A stretch of DNA of 64,000 nucleotides from a virus (lineage: Duplodnaviria > Caudoviricetes): the IMG/VR virus record IMGVR_UViG_3300021167_000382, positions 146,130 to 210,129 of that record, one strand, 5' to 3'. The notes under the pieces are model-generated. The model was not told the origin of the DNA. It made no database searches and saw nothing but the letters and a program-made list of their open reading frames with translations. Made by a program: the position numbers and the translations under genes. Positions 20,524 through 32,680 of this stretch are shown here, piece by piece (position 1 is the first letter of the stretch; each line of letters opens with the position of its first letter).

Positions 20524-21027
20524 TTAGCCAATCCACTTTTTATAAATACTTTCATTTGCTATTTTCAGAGGAACAGCTTGACAGGCGTCTTCAATATAAA
20601 CTCCGAGATGCGCGCCGTTTTTAACAAGCCCAGAGAGTTCTTTTACTTTGAACCATCCTGACCTATCGAACTTCTTAGGCTCCAAAACCTTAATCATCTC
20701 GCCGCTGTATGGGTAGGTATAGAAGAGCATGTTCGCATTGAAAGTGGGATCGTATTTTTCAAAGACTAATGCTAACTTATCTTTATCCAAATCCAACCCA
20801 ATCTCTTCCTTGGTTTCACGAATAAGACATTCCTCAGCAGTTTCTCCGTGATCCAAAACGCCACCCGGCGTAATCCAACGACGATTCGGTGTTCCTTGGC
20901 CAGATGCATTCTTTCCATTTCTAAGCATCATGAAAAACTTGTCTTTGTTGATTAAGAGCAGACGCGTAACTGTAAGAGGTGTTTTCATCATCAATGTCTT
21001 CAAATTGGTTAAGTGATCTTCATACAT
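20524..21027 (-). CDS. Nudix hydrolase
   Basis: GGVLDHGETAEECLIRETKEEIG Nudix box. Confidence 0.92.
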   Translation of the reverse strand: MYEDHLTNLKTLMMKTPLTVTRLLLINKDKFFMMLRNGKNASGQGTPNRRWITPGGVLDHGETAEECLIRETKEEIGLDLDKDKLALVFEKYDPTFNANMLFYTYPYSGEMIKVLEPKKFDRSGWFKVKELSGLVKNGAHLGVYIEDACQAVPLKIANESIYKKWIG

Positions 21028-21062
21028 ATAACAAGCCTAGAGAGGGACATCCCTCTCTAGGC

Positions 21063-22202
21063 TCATGCGTGGAGTTCTTCAAGAAGTTGGAAAAGTTGCT
21101 TTCCTTCTTCAGGTTTTAATTCATGACGAAGACTGACTTCACTGAAAATAGCTTCAGTCAGCGTTTGACGATTCAGAGAGACTGGTGTGTAATCCACCTC
21201 TTTACTGATCTCTTCTTTCGCTGCTTCTTCCTTCACAATTTTCTTACTAAACTGGAAGAAAGGATACTTTAAACGAATCTCGTCGAAGGCTTGAAAAACG
21301 TCATGCGTCGCCGTGGCAGCGATACGGACATAACTTCCATGCGGAAGGTCGCCGATCTCTTTATCGAGCTTCCTGAGTACCTTCTCGAGCGTCCCAGTAA
21401 CCTCTACAGTGATATATTGCTTCGCTTGTTTGTTCTCAAGGAAAATAGGCAACCATTGATGCGGTCGCTGTTCCTTAAAATACCAAGCACCTTTAGGCAT
21501 AGGTTCACCATGGGCAATACGGTCAAAAGATCCTTGAGCAAAGATCCGTTCATATTGAGACCGGGTATGGATATGACCGATGACAATAAAGTACTCGACC
21601 AGGTTCAGGTAAAGTTCTTCGTCATGAACCTTTGCATTCATCGGGATCGTACCGAGCTGATACTTGAACATACCATGCATCACACCGATCCCAACCTTAG
21701 ACAACTGATGCTGCTTAAGGAGATCCAGAATATCCTGATAGCACCCTTCAGCAGTGGGACGGCATTCGTCCGGTACGTACAATACAGTTGTTTCCAATAC
21801 CGCAAGATACTCGATGCTAAGATCCTTAACATACTTAAAGTCAAGACCAGGACAGATTACTTCCGTGTAAGCCGCAATCGTTATCCCTTGTAGGCGGTCA
21901 TGCTTCGGTGTTCCTTCCAAGACCCGTACTGTAATCTTCTTTCGTTCACACCAATGCGTAAACTTATACCAGAACTGGAAGAAACCTGGAAGATGCTCCG
22001 ATGAAAGCTGAAGCGTATCATCCCAGAGATCCCCCGCAATGAAGATCACTTTCAAATCGTTGAAGTTATCCTTCAGATTGAAATTCCCGAAGAAGTCTTC
22101 TAGATTTTTAAGGATGAACCCTGCAGGGGTATTTCGATTACCAAGATGAACGTCGGATAAGGACAGAATACCGCGATTATTCATCGAAGCTGAAGTCATC
22201 AT
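21063..22202 (-). CDS. SbcD/Mre11-like metallophosphoesterase nuclease
   Basis: SDVHLG, AGDLWD, GTPKHD, MHG and GHIH motifs. Confidence 0.88.
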   Translation of the reverse strand: MMTSASMNNRGILSLSDVHLGNRNTPAGFILKNLEDFFGNFNLKDNFNDLKVIFIAGDLWDDTLQLSSEHLPGFFQFWYKFTHWCERKKITVRVLEGTPKHDRLQGITIAAYTEVICPGLDFKYVKDLSIEYLAVLETTVLYVPDECRPTAEGCYQDILDLLKQHQLSKVGIGVMHGMFKYQLGTIPMNAKVHDEELYLNLVEYFIVIGHIHTRSQYERIFAQGSFDRIAHGEPMPKGAWYFKEQRPHQWLPIFLENKQAKQYITVEVTGTLEKVLRKLDKEIGDLPHGSYVRIAATATHDVFQAFDEIRLKYPFFQFSKKIVKEEAAKEEISKEVDYTPVSLNRQTLTEAIFSEVSLRHELKPEEGKQLFQLLEELHA

Positions 22203-22764
22203 CGATACGCTTATTCGATTCTTGTACAGACGATGTACCTTCAGGTTTTTGGATCAGCTTGTAGAAGCTGAAGACTTCTTCCCAAGGGTTATGCGGTGTT
22301 TCACTGGGTTTAATCAGTGCATCCAGTCGTTTCGTAGCGGCAGCACTGAATTCACCTACGGCCGCTCTTGGATTAACCGAGGCATTGTCGATAAGCGAGC
22401 CAAAGATATGGCGATAGGACTCCACCCCAAACTTCTGCTCTTCCGTATTCAAACGACTACTATCGTAGAGCGGTGGCACAGTGAAGAGCTTGTTACCCTG
22501 AACGTCGACGATATCTGCGGGTTCCATAGGAGATCCGACCACGCCCGCCCAATGCGCAGTGAACTCGCCTGTCCGTTTTTCCAAGTCTGGATCAAGCCCT
22601 GCGAATACAGGAAGAAAGATTTCACGGAAGACATTCTCCGGAATCCGCTTCACGGGTTCCTTGATTTGCTCCATCATGCCTGAAATGAAGTCAGCGGCTT
22701 CAGCTTTATCAAACTGATCCATCTGCTCCATCATTCGGTCAATACGGTCTTTTTTCTCAATCAT
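22177..22764 (-). CDS. Conserved hypothetical protein
   Basis: 195-aa ORF overlapping the SbcD-like gene. Confidence 0.65.
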   Translation of the reverse strand: MIEKKDRIDRMMEQMDQFDKAEAADFISGMMEQIKEPVKRIPENVFREIFLPVFAGLDPDLEKRTGEFTAHWAGVVGSPMEPADIVDVQGNKLFTVPPLYDSSRLNTEEQKFGVESYRHIFGSLIDNASVNPRAAVGEFSAAATKRLDALIKPSETPHNPWEEVFSFYKLIQKPEGTSSVQESNKRIDDDFSFDE

Positions 22765-22772
22765 TTTAATAC

Positions 22773-23180
22773 CTAACCTTTGAGGATGTTAACGATTTCG
22801 ACGATCTTCAGGTTGTTATACCGAAGTAGTCGATTAAGATTGAACATTTCCCCAGTATTATCAGAGAAAGCCAGAAAGAAGCTCAAGGAGTTCGTATTAA
22901 CTGATCCTTCATCTTGGATCGCAAGAACTTCAACCTGAACATCGTTAAACTGTTGAGTAAAATAACTTTTCAACAATTCCTGAATCTGCAATGCAAGCTG
23001 AGATGCGTCGTCAGCGTACCGTTGAACCAACCAAGGAAAGGATTTCACCTTATCAGGCCAGGTCGAAGTCTGGCTATACTCTGATAGAAAGAAGTCACTG
23101 AGCATCTGGTCAGCGACATGGATAGATGATTTTGTCCAACCATCTATGGATAATGACGGATGTAAATATTTAGAAGGCAT
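22773..23180 (-). CDS. Conserved hypothetical protein
   Basis: 135-aa ORF with GAGG RBS. Confidence 0.65.
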   Translation of the reverse strand: MPSKYLHPSLSIDGWTKSSIHVADQMLSDFFLSEYSQTSTWPDKVKSFPWLVQRYADDASQLALQIQELLKSYFTQQFNDVQVEVLAIQDEGSVNTNSLSFFLAFSDNTGEMFNLNRLLRYNNLKIVEIVNILKG

Positions 23181-23272
23181 AGCTACCTCAGAAGTTCTTG
23201 TGTCACACTATTCGCACCATTGAACAAAAAGAAAAAAGAAGAGGGCAAGGTGCCCTCTTCTTAGTTGCGTGA

Positions 23273-23950
23273 TTACTCACCCATTAGGGAAACGATCAAA
23301 GCCATTCTGTATTGCTCAACACCAGTCAAGCGATACAGACTTGCTTTGTTATCCGGACGCTCCATCACTAGGAAGTCACTGGTTGCAGGGTCACGATAAA
23401 GAATGCATGACGTGAAGTCATCGGTTGCCGAGTAATATGTTATTTCAATGTTTCGAGATGCATCGTCTGTGAATTCCAACGCAATCACGCGACGGTAGCC
23501 GTCCTTGAAAGGATGGAACTTTTGCATGAACTGAACTTCCATCAGTGGTTCATGATTGATGTATGTCGGATCAACCTCAGTCATAGCACGAACGATGTGG
23601 TCGTGATGCAGGCAGCTTCGTTCTTCCTGGATTGCGATTTCCAGATGAAAAGCTTCATCGACCGGGGAAGTATTTGCGGCCTGAATAACCGCCACAGCTG
23701 CATTAAAGCCGTACCAGAGGTCGATATTCGGTACCTCATCCTTAAACTTATAAAGACAGACTTGAATCGAGGTAGGGAGCTTCATTCCAAGACTATTCAG
23801 TATGGTGGCAGCTCGGATAATAGTTTCATTGCAGATAGCCCAAGCGCTACGGTCGTGTTCAAATAGAACTTGAGTGAAATTAGACTCGGAGAGAGACATG
23901 AGTGAACGTACGGTCAGAAGTACGTGCTGTCCGGTTTTATGGTCTGACAT
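23273..23950 (-). CDS. Hypothetical protein
   Basis: 225-aa ORF with AGGAG RBS. Confidence 0.65.
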   Translation of the reverse strand: MSDHKTGQHVLLTVRSLMSLSESNFTQVLFEHDRSAWAICNETIIRAATILNSLGMKLPTSIQVCLYKFKDEVPNIDLWYGFNAAVAVIQAANTSPVDEAFHLEIAIQEERSCLHHDHIVRAMTEVDPTYINHEPLMEVQFMQKFHPFKDGYRRVIALEFTDDASRNIEITYYSATDDFTSCILYRDPATSDFLVMERPDNKASLYRLTGVEQYRMALIVSLMGE

Positions 23951-24098
23951 TGTGAAAACTCCTTGAGTTAATAAACTTGTGAACGATCTTTCGAGATTAA
24001 TTCCCAGTAGGTTTAATAATCGGCTGTTTAAGTCTCGGTAGGTCCTTCTTTAGAGGTGTAAAAAGGGAAGGAGGCGTGCGCCTCCTTCCCTCTATTGA

Positions 24099-24740
24099 TT
24101 AACCGCCGATATTTCCATTGAAAATATCAGTAGGATCGATCTTCGCCGCTAGTGCTGAATCGATAATATCCCAAACGCTCAGGATCGTGAACTTCTCCTC
24201 ATCATTCAAGAGTCGATCGCCGGCATGGAGATCTTCCAAGTAGTGCGAGATAACGAGTCGATCTTCACCTGTCGCTGGGTCAGCTTCAGTTCGAATTACA
24301 TGTTCCATGACACGCCGGTAGTCGTAGTGGTCTTCACCCACGGCATCAGGTTGGAAATCCGTGTAGGTATCGCTATAACCATCACAGAGCTGCCGATGGT
24401 AGAGTTCACGAAGCGATGGCTGCGCCATGATGTAACGCTGCATGATGGGTTTCGCTGATTGCACCTGATCGATCGTATTCAGTGACACGATTGCGTTCGG
24501 GTGTAGCAGCGATTTTACTGTACGAGCGATCTTTCGAGCAGAACGTTCGATAGTGCCATCATTATAGACCGCATGAAGCTCAGTCGCACGATTCAAGAAA
24601 CCCCGTCCAACATCCGTCAAGATGCCAGTTGCTGCTTGGAGTTGATTAGAGATCCATTCCCGAGCATGTGGAGCAATCTCAGGAAAGGACATCATCGTCA
24701 TAGCGCCAGGGTGGGATGGTGGTAAGACGTTGACTTGCAC
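24099..24740 (-). CDS. Conserved jumbo-phage core protein downstream of beta'-N (phiKZ gp59 position)
   Basis: MQRYIMAQP..RELYH.Q.CDGYSDTY..VGEDHYDYRRVM segment; synteny. Confidence 0.6.
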   Translation of the reverse strand: MQVNVLPPSHPGAMTMMSFPEIAPHAREWISNQLQAATGILTDVGRGFLNRATELHAVYNDGTIERSARKIARTVKSLLHPNAIVSLNTIDQVQSAKPIMQRYIMAQPSLRELYHRQLCDGYSDTYTDFQPDAVGEDHYDYRRVMEHVIRTEADPATGEDRLVISHYLEDLHAGDRLLNDEEKFTILSVWDIIDSALAAKIDPTDIFNGNIGG

Positions 24741-24746
24741 AGGGGA

Positions 24747-27246
24747 TTAACCTCCTTGATGGGTGGCTTGAGCTGCATCCCGACGACTACGCCGCAACCA
24801 TTCAGAGGTTGAAGCGATCACACTGTCCGTCATCGAGGCATTTTTCGAGAGTTCCAATGGTTTATCGAGCAACAGCAAGTTGAAATGAGGGCGGAATGGG
24901 TAATACAGATCTTCCATGAAATGGTCCATGGCTGGCATGAAATTAACTTCGTCTACTAGTTACGTGGACTATATCTTAGCAAGCATAGCTCGCTCCCCCC
25001 GTTTCGGAACAGTGTCTCTCGACAGTAATCCCTACTCTACTCGGTTCGTCTCCCGACGCCTTTCGATAGTCTCTGAACGTTCACCAGTTAAGGCGCTTCG
25101 CTGCTGATTGTACCTGACTCTCGATTTTCAAGCATATCGCGCTCACCGTTTCCAGTCACGCTGTAGCTCAAGAGCTTCATGGGTAGTTTCCAGCAATTAG
25201 AGGGGTTTAACGACGGCAACGTTATTTCTTTCTACCGTCATAGTCCTTATTGTCCAACTAAGTCGCCTATTAGTCTTAGTTCGGTGTGCGTCGACACCCG
25301 CACGACATCTCTGCCGTGAACAGATCATATCTTCACCTTCACCCGTGGTGGTAAGGTGCTTCCTTTTTCTTCCCCTCAGTGGCTTAGGGGTTCTACTCTA
25401 CTCGGTTCGTCTCCCGACGCCTTTCAATGATCGTTGAACGTTCACCCTCCCGGGTGCTTCGCTGCGGGTTATCTAAACTCAACTTCTTTTACCATACCCA
25501 GTTAGTTAAGCTGGCCGCGCACCACTTTCGTTTATGCGTTTGGTGTGTTGAGTAATAAAGACTTTCCCGTCAATTAAGGAAGATTCACTCTGATTTTTTC
25601 AAACCAGGTGGCCTGAGGTATCCCCAGCATTCATGGAAGTTGCGATAAGATCCGAAATTGAGACTGTAGTGTCAAGAGGGTTAGTCTTGAACTTGGTAAT
25701 TCGCACTGTCTCAGCCGAACCTTGCATCAGAGATGGCTTTTGTCCATTCAGTTCGCTAGACTGAACCGGTACGCTAGGTACCTGCTATAGCTTTCACTAT
25801 AGAACAGACTATATCTTAACCTTCACCCTTGGTGGTCAGGTTCTCCCGTTCACCGCGCTTGCGGTACCTAGTCGTTGAGCACACACCTTACCCTCTCGGG
25901 CTATAGGCGCTTCGCTGCGGATTTCCCAATACACGTCTCTTTTACCATACCTGAGTGATTAGTTCAGCCGCATAGTCTCTTTCGAGCGTATGCTTGGTGT
26001 ACGTGTCTCTAAGGGGGTCCCCGTCAGTTAGAGAGATTTTACAGTAGTATTTCTACTACAGGCAACCGAGTTGATTGCGTTGGATGGTACTGATGATCGC
26101 ACCATGACGACTACCCTTGATCAGATCCTGCATCATGGCATCCAGCTTCGGATGATATTTCCCAACATGATCCATGAGGAAGTTGGTTGCTTCACCATGG
26201 GTCATACCGCCATGAGGATGATCTCGTCGGAGTAGAACGGCCATATGGTGCTGCCACCAGACTGTAACCCCAACACCCCAAGGCACATGGATCTCGTCAT
26301 ACTCATGAATCCCGTCATGCGAGGTGATCACCGCTCGGAAGCTATAGTTACCTCGTGTCCCATACACATGCTTCCGATACGTCCCAGTCTTGGGGCGAAG
26401 GTTGGTAGCGATGTAGTTTTCGTAGTAATCACACAACATCAGCAGAATCTTAGCAGTCCGATTCTCAATAACAGTCGGGGTCTTGTCATGATAGTCGGTG
26501 TCAATGCTCAGCATCGTGTTCATGATGTTGTGCATGTCCAGTACGTGGGATTCTACGAAACGACCCAGGTCATTGGCTTCCACCACCAACAGCGCACGAT
26601 TGATCAGTGGTAGATAGTTGCAGAAGATGAGATGCCGGTGCGTCTGGACAAAGTATTCCAGTGGGTCAGTGTCTGGCGGCACACCGACCATATCCCGAGT
26701 TGTCTTGTGCAGATGGCTCTTGGTCACGAACTCCCCAGACCGGATGAGGTAGGAGAAGATCTCGTCAAACTGCCGAATGAAGTTATTCAAACCACGTGGG
26801 AGGCCGTCCGAGATCATCTTCGTTAAGATCGCTGGCCGTGCTTGCGGCACATAGCTTCGATCAATCAGCCAGCGGATGATGTTGCAACCCTTCTTACTGA
26901 AACGATGTTGAAGCATGATCAGTACATGCGGAACGATCAACGCATCAACACCCATCGGCTTACGGAACCAGAGCATGGACTTGATATCATCTTTGATGGA
27001 TTGTTCCACAGGGGTCTTACAGGATTCACACAGCATACCCACATACTGCTCGCCACGGAGTTCACCGCAGCGACACTTCGGCATCATGGTGACCATATCC
27101 GCGGTATGTGTCTCCTTGATCAGCCAGTTAAAATATTCACGATCCCTTTCTGTTCTATTTGGAAGATCGTTGATGATGATGACTTCGTTCGGCGGAAGCG
27201 TTTCGAAATCCCTATTGTAGTTGACAAGTTCTTGAAAAACCGGCAC
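24747..27246 (-). CDS. nvRNAP beta' N-terminal subunit (phiKZ gp55-56.1-like), four exons: 27246-26074, 25736-25626, 25245-25234, 24953-24747 (~500 aa)
   Basis: N-terminal zinc finger, RKHVYGTR and RAVIT; joined exons read IQRN|PSLMQGS...MNA|DYDG|DEVNF, restoring the RN-P-L and NADYDGD motifs in frame. Confidence 0.9.
24954..25233 (-). ncRNA. Group I intron 3 (280 nt, no ORF; apparent terminal A)
   Basis: P1 GACGGU/GCCGUC with U.G pair; AAUUGCUGGAAA, AAUCAGCAG, UUCAGAGACUA, AAGAUAUAGUCC. Confidence 0.85.
25246..25625 (-). ncRNA. Group I intron 2 (380 nt, no ORF)
   Basis: Starts after GCU, ends in G before GAC; AAUUGACGGGAAA, ACCCGCAGCGAAG, GUUCAACGAUCA / AAGAUAUGAUCU (covarying P7). Confidence 0.85.
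25737..26073 (-). ncRNA. Group I intron 1 (337 nt, no ORF)
   Basis: 5' splice site after U with P1 GCAAU/GUUGC; P, Q (AUCCGCAGCGAAG), R (CUCAACGACUA) and S (AAGAUAUAGUCU) elements; terminal G. Confidence 0.88.
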
Positions 27247-27278
27247 AGACAGCCTCCTATTGTTAAGGTTACCTCAAG

Positions 27279-27296
27279 TAGTATATACATGGTCAA
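27279..27296 (-). promoter_or_regulatory. Phage promoter motif upstream of nvRNAP beta'-N
   Basis: + strand tagtatatacatggtcaa matches the recurring motif. Confidence 0.65.
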
Positions 27297-27342
27297 GATA
27301 CAACTAGAAGCGGGTGGGGTCCACCCGCTTCTATAACCATCG

Positions 27343-27954
27343 TTACTTCTTAAGATACGCAGTGACGTCGAAAGCTTCGGTGGTCAGATTGCCCGAGTTA
27401 GTCATGAGTTGGTCGAAGGAGACCTTATTTCCAGTCGGTTTGGTTGGTTTACTCACTACCGTGGTCTCGGCCACTGTGGCAAGTTCATCGAAAGAGATCA
27501 TTGAAGATTTCTTAGGAGTCACTGCTGTTGCAGGCTTGGCCATGTAAGACGGTGAAGCTGGTTTAACCTCAGCATGTTTGGCTGTTTCTTTTTCAGCAGC
27601 AGCACTTGAGGAATCTGATTTCATGGCAGCAGCCAAGCCCGCAGCCAAAGACGACTTGGCACGGGACAAGCGACGGCCGAGTTCCGCTTCCTTCGTGATC
27701 TTTTCAACAGACTTCTTAGCCTGCTTAGTTTCAGCGATTGTCGCGATCGATTTACCGACTTCAGCGATCGATTTTTCTGGAGACATCTTCTTAGCCGCGA
27801 TCTTATCAACGGCAACATTGACAGCCTTTTTCACGGCTTCGATCTTTTGGGCTTTCTTGATGGTCTTATCCACCACAGGAACGGCTTTCTTGATATCAGC
27901 CGATTCAGATTTCTTCACAGCGACTTGCTTTGTAGGTTTCTTGGCGGTGGCCAT
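27343..27954 (-). CDS. Lys/Ala-rich basic protein (histone H1-like composition)
   Basis: Likely start MATAKK with GGAG RBS within track ORF 27343..28020; very K/A/S-rich. Confidence 0.6.
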   Translation of the reverse strand: MATAKKPTKQVAVKKSESADIKKAVPVVDKTIKKAQKIEAVKKAVNVAVDKIAAKKMSPEKSIAEVGKSIATIAETKQAKKSVEKITKEAELGRRLSRAKSSLAAGLAAAMKSDSSSAAAEKETAKHAEVKPASPSYMAKPATAVTPKKSSMISFDELATVAETTVVSKPTKPTGNKVSFDQLMTNSGNLTTEAFDVTAYLKK

Positions 27955-27955
27955 A

Positions 27956-29008
27956 TTAGGACTCCTTCTCGATTTGAAAATCTTCAACAGTGAAATTAAC
28001 AACCGACTTCTTCGGAACAAAATCCGGAATCGGCAAGATGGCGAGGGCGTTATCTGAAACCAGAGTAGTCAGTAGTTCTTTGGTTTCGGCGTTGGACTTG
28101 TGGTAGGTCAGGTCCGAGATGATTTCCAGAGAAACCGGAATAAGGTTGCATTCAGCCGCTACCTTGCTCAGCAAGAAACTGAACATCGGCAATACCTGAT
28201 AATACACCGTCTGAACTTCACACGGCGTTAACTTAACCTGCAGGGTTAGTTCAGTAGTACCAGGAGAAACCCAGAAATGAAGCGAGTCTAGGAACCCATA
28301 AGCCGCCGCACGATCGAGAATGGGTTGCTCTTTATCGCAGAAATCAGGCAATGGTGATGTGGCGGGATGTGATAGTGAAACGCGTATGCTAGCCCCACCT
28401 TTCTTCAGAGAAACCAGTACACGGTTCAGCTGATCCACCGCAGAGCAGTAAATGATCTTGGTGTAGGTTTCGACACTATCCGAAAACTGCTGGCGGTCTT
28501 CCGGTGACATATGTTCCCAAACATCTGCACAGTTCTTCACCATGTTTTCAGGAATACTGGAGAATGCAGTGCTTGCGACAGCAAAAGGATGAATGCCTTC
28601 ATTGATAGCTGGATAATGCCGCAGGAGATGACCCGCGTAACGACCAATCGAACGCTTACAGCTGTCGTACAGATCTTTGAATACGAAAGCTGCGTATTCA
28701 TTAGCGATGACTTCATACGAAATCAATGCATCGACATGGTCCTTTGCAGTTTTCTCATCCACTGCAAATTTCTGAAGGTAGTCACTACCCATGCCTTCAG
28801 GAAGGACTGTGTCACCAGTTATCATGAAACACATGTCCATGATCTGACCATCGACCTGTGCTTTCGCAGTATCGTTGTTGATACAGATGACAGAGTCCGG
28901 TTGAATCTGGAACCGGATTGTTTCCGCTGTATCCGAGAAGAACACGGTGTTCTCATCAGCATCAGTCATTGCTTCAAGCGTTGCTTTCAAATCTTCTTTT
29001 GTAGTCAT
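27956..29008 (-). CDS. Degenerate thymidylate synthase-fold protein
   Basis: Collinear with ThyA (DQL..V...LK, SLSHP, LHFWV, FLL..VA..CNL.P..L.....D, LPIPDF...VNFTVEDFQIE) but lacks PPCH and RSxD. Confidence 0.55.
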   Translation of the reverse strand: MTTKEDLKATLEAMTDADENTVFFSDTAETIRFQIQPDSVICINNDTAKAQVDGQIMDMCFMITGDTVLPEGMGSDYLQKFAVDEKTAKDHVDALISYEVIANEYAAFVFKDLYDSCKRSIGRYAGHLLRHYPAINEGIHPFAVASTAFSSIPENMVKNCADVWEHMSPEDRQQFSDSVETYTKIIYCSAVDQLNRVLVSLKKGGASIRVSLSHPATSPLPDFCDKEQPILDRAAAYGFLDSLHFWVSPGTTELTLQVKLTPCEVQTVYYQVLPMFSFLLSKVAAECNLIPVSLEIISDLTYHKSNAETKELLTTLVSDNALAILPIPDFVPKKSVVNFTVEDFQIEKES

Positions 29009-29016
29009 AGTGACTT

Positions 29017-29676
29017 TCAGGCAGTGAGGTGGTCGTTAATTCCGTAAAGGATCGTCGCAGCGTTCATTTTCGGATCGGCAGTTGAATCGATGCGGATAAC
29101 TTCGGTATGAGGCGTACCGCAGAGTTTACGATGTGTCTGGAGCTCCTGGAACCCGTACAATGCAGTTTGGTAGTTATTGAAAACCCGCATATGGTAAACA
29201 TCGCCCAGGCGCTCGATACTGTCGAGTGGCACGCCGCGTTTCTTGAGGTTTTCCTGTGCAGCTTCAAAAGAGATATCCAGGAAGACTAGAAAATTAATAT
29301 GCGGGAAGTCACCGATGATACCGTTGAGATTCCGACATTCAGTCACCAACATGTCCGTCATGGACTGGTAGACTGTCCGACTAAGTTCTGTCCGTTCAAG
29401 AATAACCCAACAACCGTCTTCCAATGCCTGACGACATTGCCGTGCAGCTTCCATAGCACAGAGACCGATTAAAAGAAGCCGTTCACGCTCAGTCCAATGC
29501 GAGTTCTGGAGAAGCAGTTCTCGAGCAGGACAATGAGCAAGCATCGCCACACGGCGATTACGAATACCTTCATTATCCAGGCGATCCTGGAGAGCGCCGG
29601 CGAGCGTGGTCTTTCCGCAGCCATCGACACCCTCCAATGCAATGATACCTGGCGTATGTTCTTTCAATATTTTCAT
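29017..29676 (-). CDS. tmk: Thymidylate kinase
   Basis: IALEGVDGCGKTT P-loop, VILER...S..VYQ, D.IE. Confidence 0.85.
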   Translation of the reverse strand: MKILKEHTPGIIALEGVDGCGKTTLAGALQDRLDNEGIRNRRVAMLAHCPARELLLQNSHWTERERLLLIGLCAMEAARQCRQALEDGCWVILERTELSRTVYQSMTDMLVTECRNLNGIIGDFPHINFLVFLDISFEAAQENLKKRGVPLDSIERLGDVYHMRVFNNYQTALYGFQELQTHRKLCGTPHTEVIRIDSTADPKMNAATILYGINDHLTA

Positions 29677-29681
29677 GCCAC

Positions 29682-32136
<2,455 letters not shown>

Positions 32137-32248
32137 TTCTTATTCCTTATTTAAAAACTTTAGATTCCTGGTACACGTAGTATATACATGGCTGAAAACA
32201 AAAAGTAAACAGAGACAGGAGGGGCGATTGCCCCTCCTGTCTTCTATT

Positions 32249-32668
32249 TCAAAGGTAGTATTTCTGAGCGATATCGCGGTTATGTGAAATCACAATAACA
32301 ACATTAATCAATGCGTTTTTAAGTTCGCTCGTATAATGCATCAGTGGGATGTGCGGAGAATCAACCGCGAGTGTCAGGACTTCAATGATGCGTGTTACAT
32401 TTGAACAGATCAAGTCAAACTTGGGTGGTGTGAGTTTGATGTTCAGCATCGTTGAATAATAGTGAAACCGACTCACTTCCCGAATACAGACACCAACGCA
32501 GCGTCTGAAAAGACACGAGACCATTTCAGGACTATGAAGACTACAGCGGTCGATGATGTAGACTAATCGACGATTGAGATCGGCATCCTTGTCCTTGAAA
32601 CCTTCTTCTTCCAGTTCCTTAATGAAAATCAGAATACTTTCATTAAGTTCTTCTTCTACGGTTGACAT
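32249..32668 (-). CDS. Hypothetical protein
   Basis: 139-aa ORF. Confidence 0.55.
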   Translation of the reverse strand: MSTVEEELNESILIFIKELEEEGFKDKDADLNRRLVYIIDRCSLHSPEMVSCLFRRCVGVCIREVSRFHYYSTMLNIKLTPPKFDLICSNVTRIIEVLTLAVDSPHIPLMHYTSELKNALINVVIVISHNRDIAQKYYL

Positions 32669-32680
32669 GACGTAAAACCT

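Noticed and set aside
24747-26073. Pseudogenised or frameshifted beta' subunit, and track ORF 24916..25107 (+)
   Set aside because: Gaps contain group I core elements and removing them restores an exact in-frame catalytic motif; the + ORF is antisense to intron 3.
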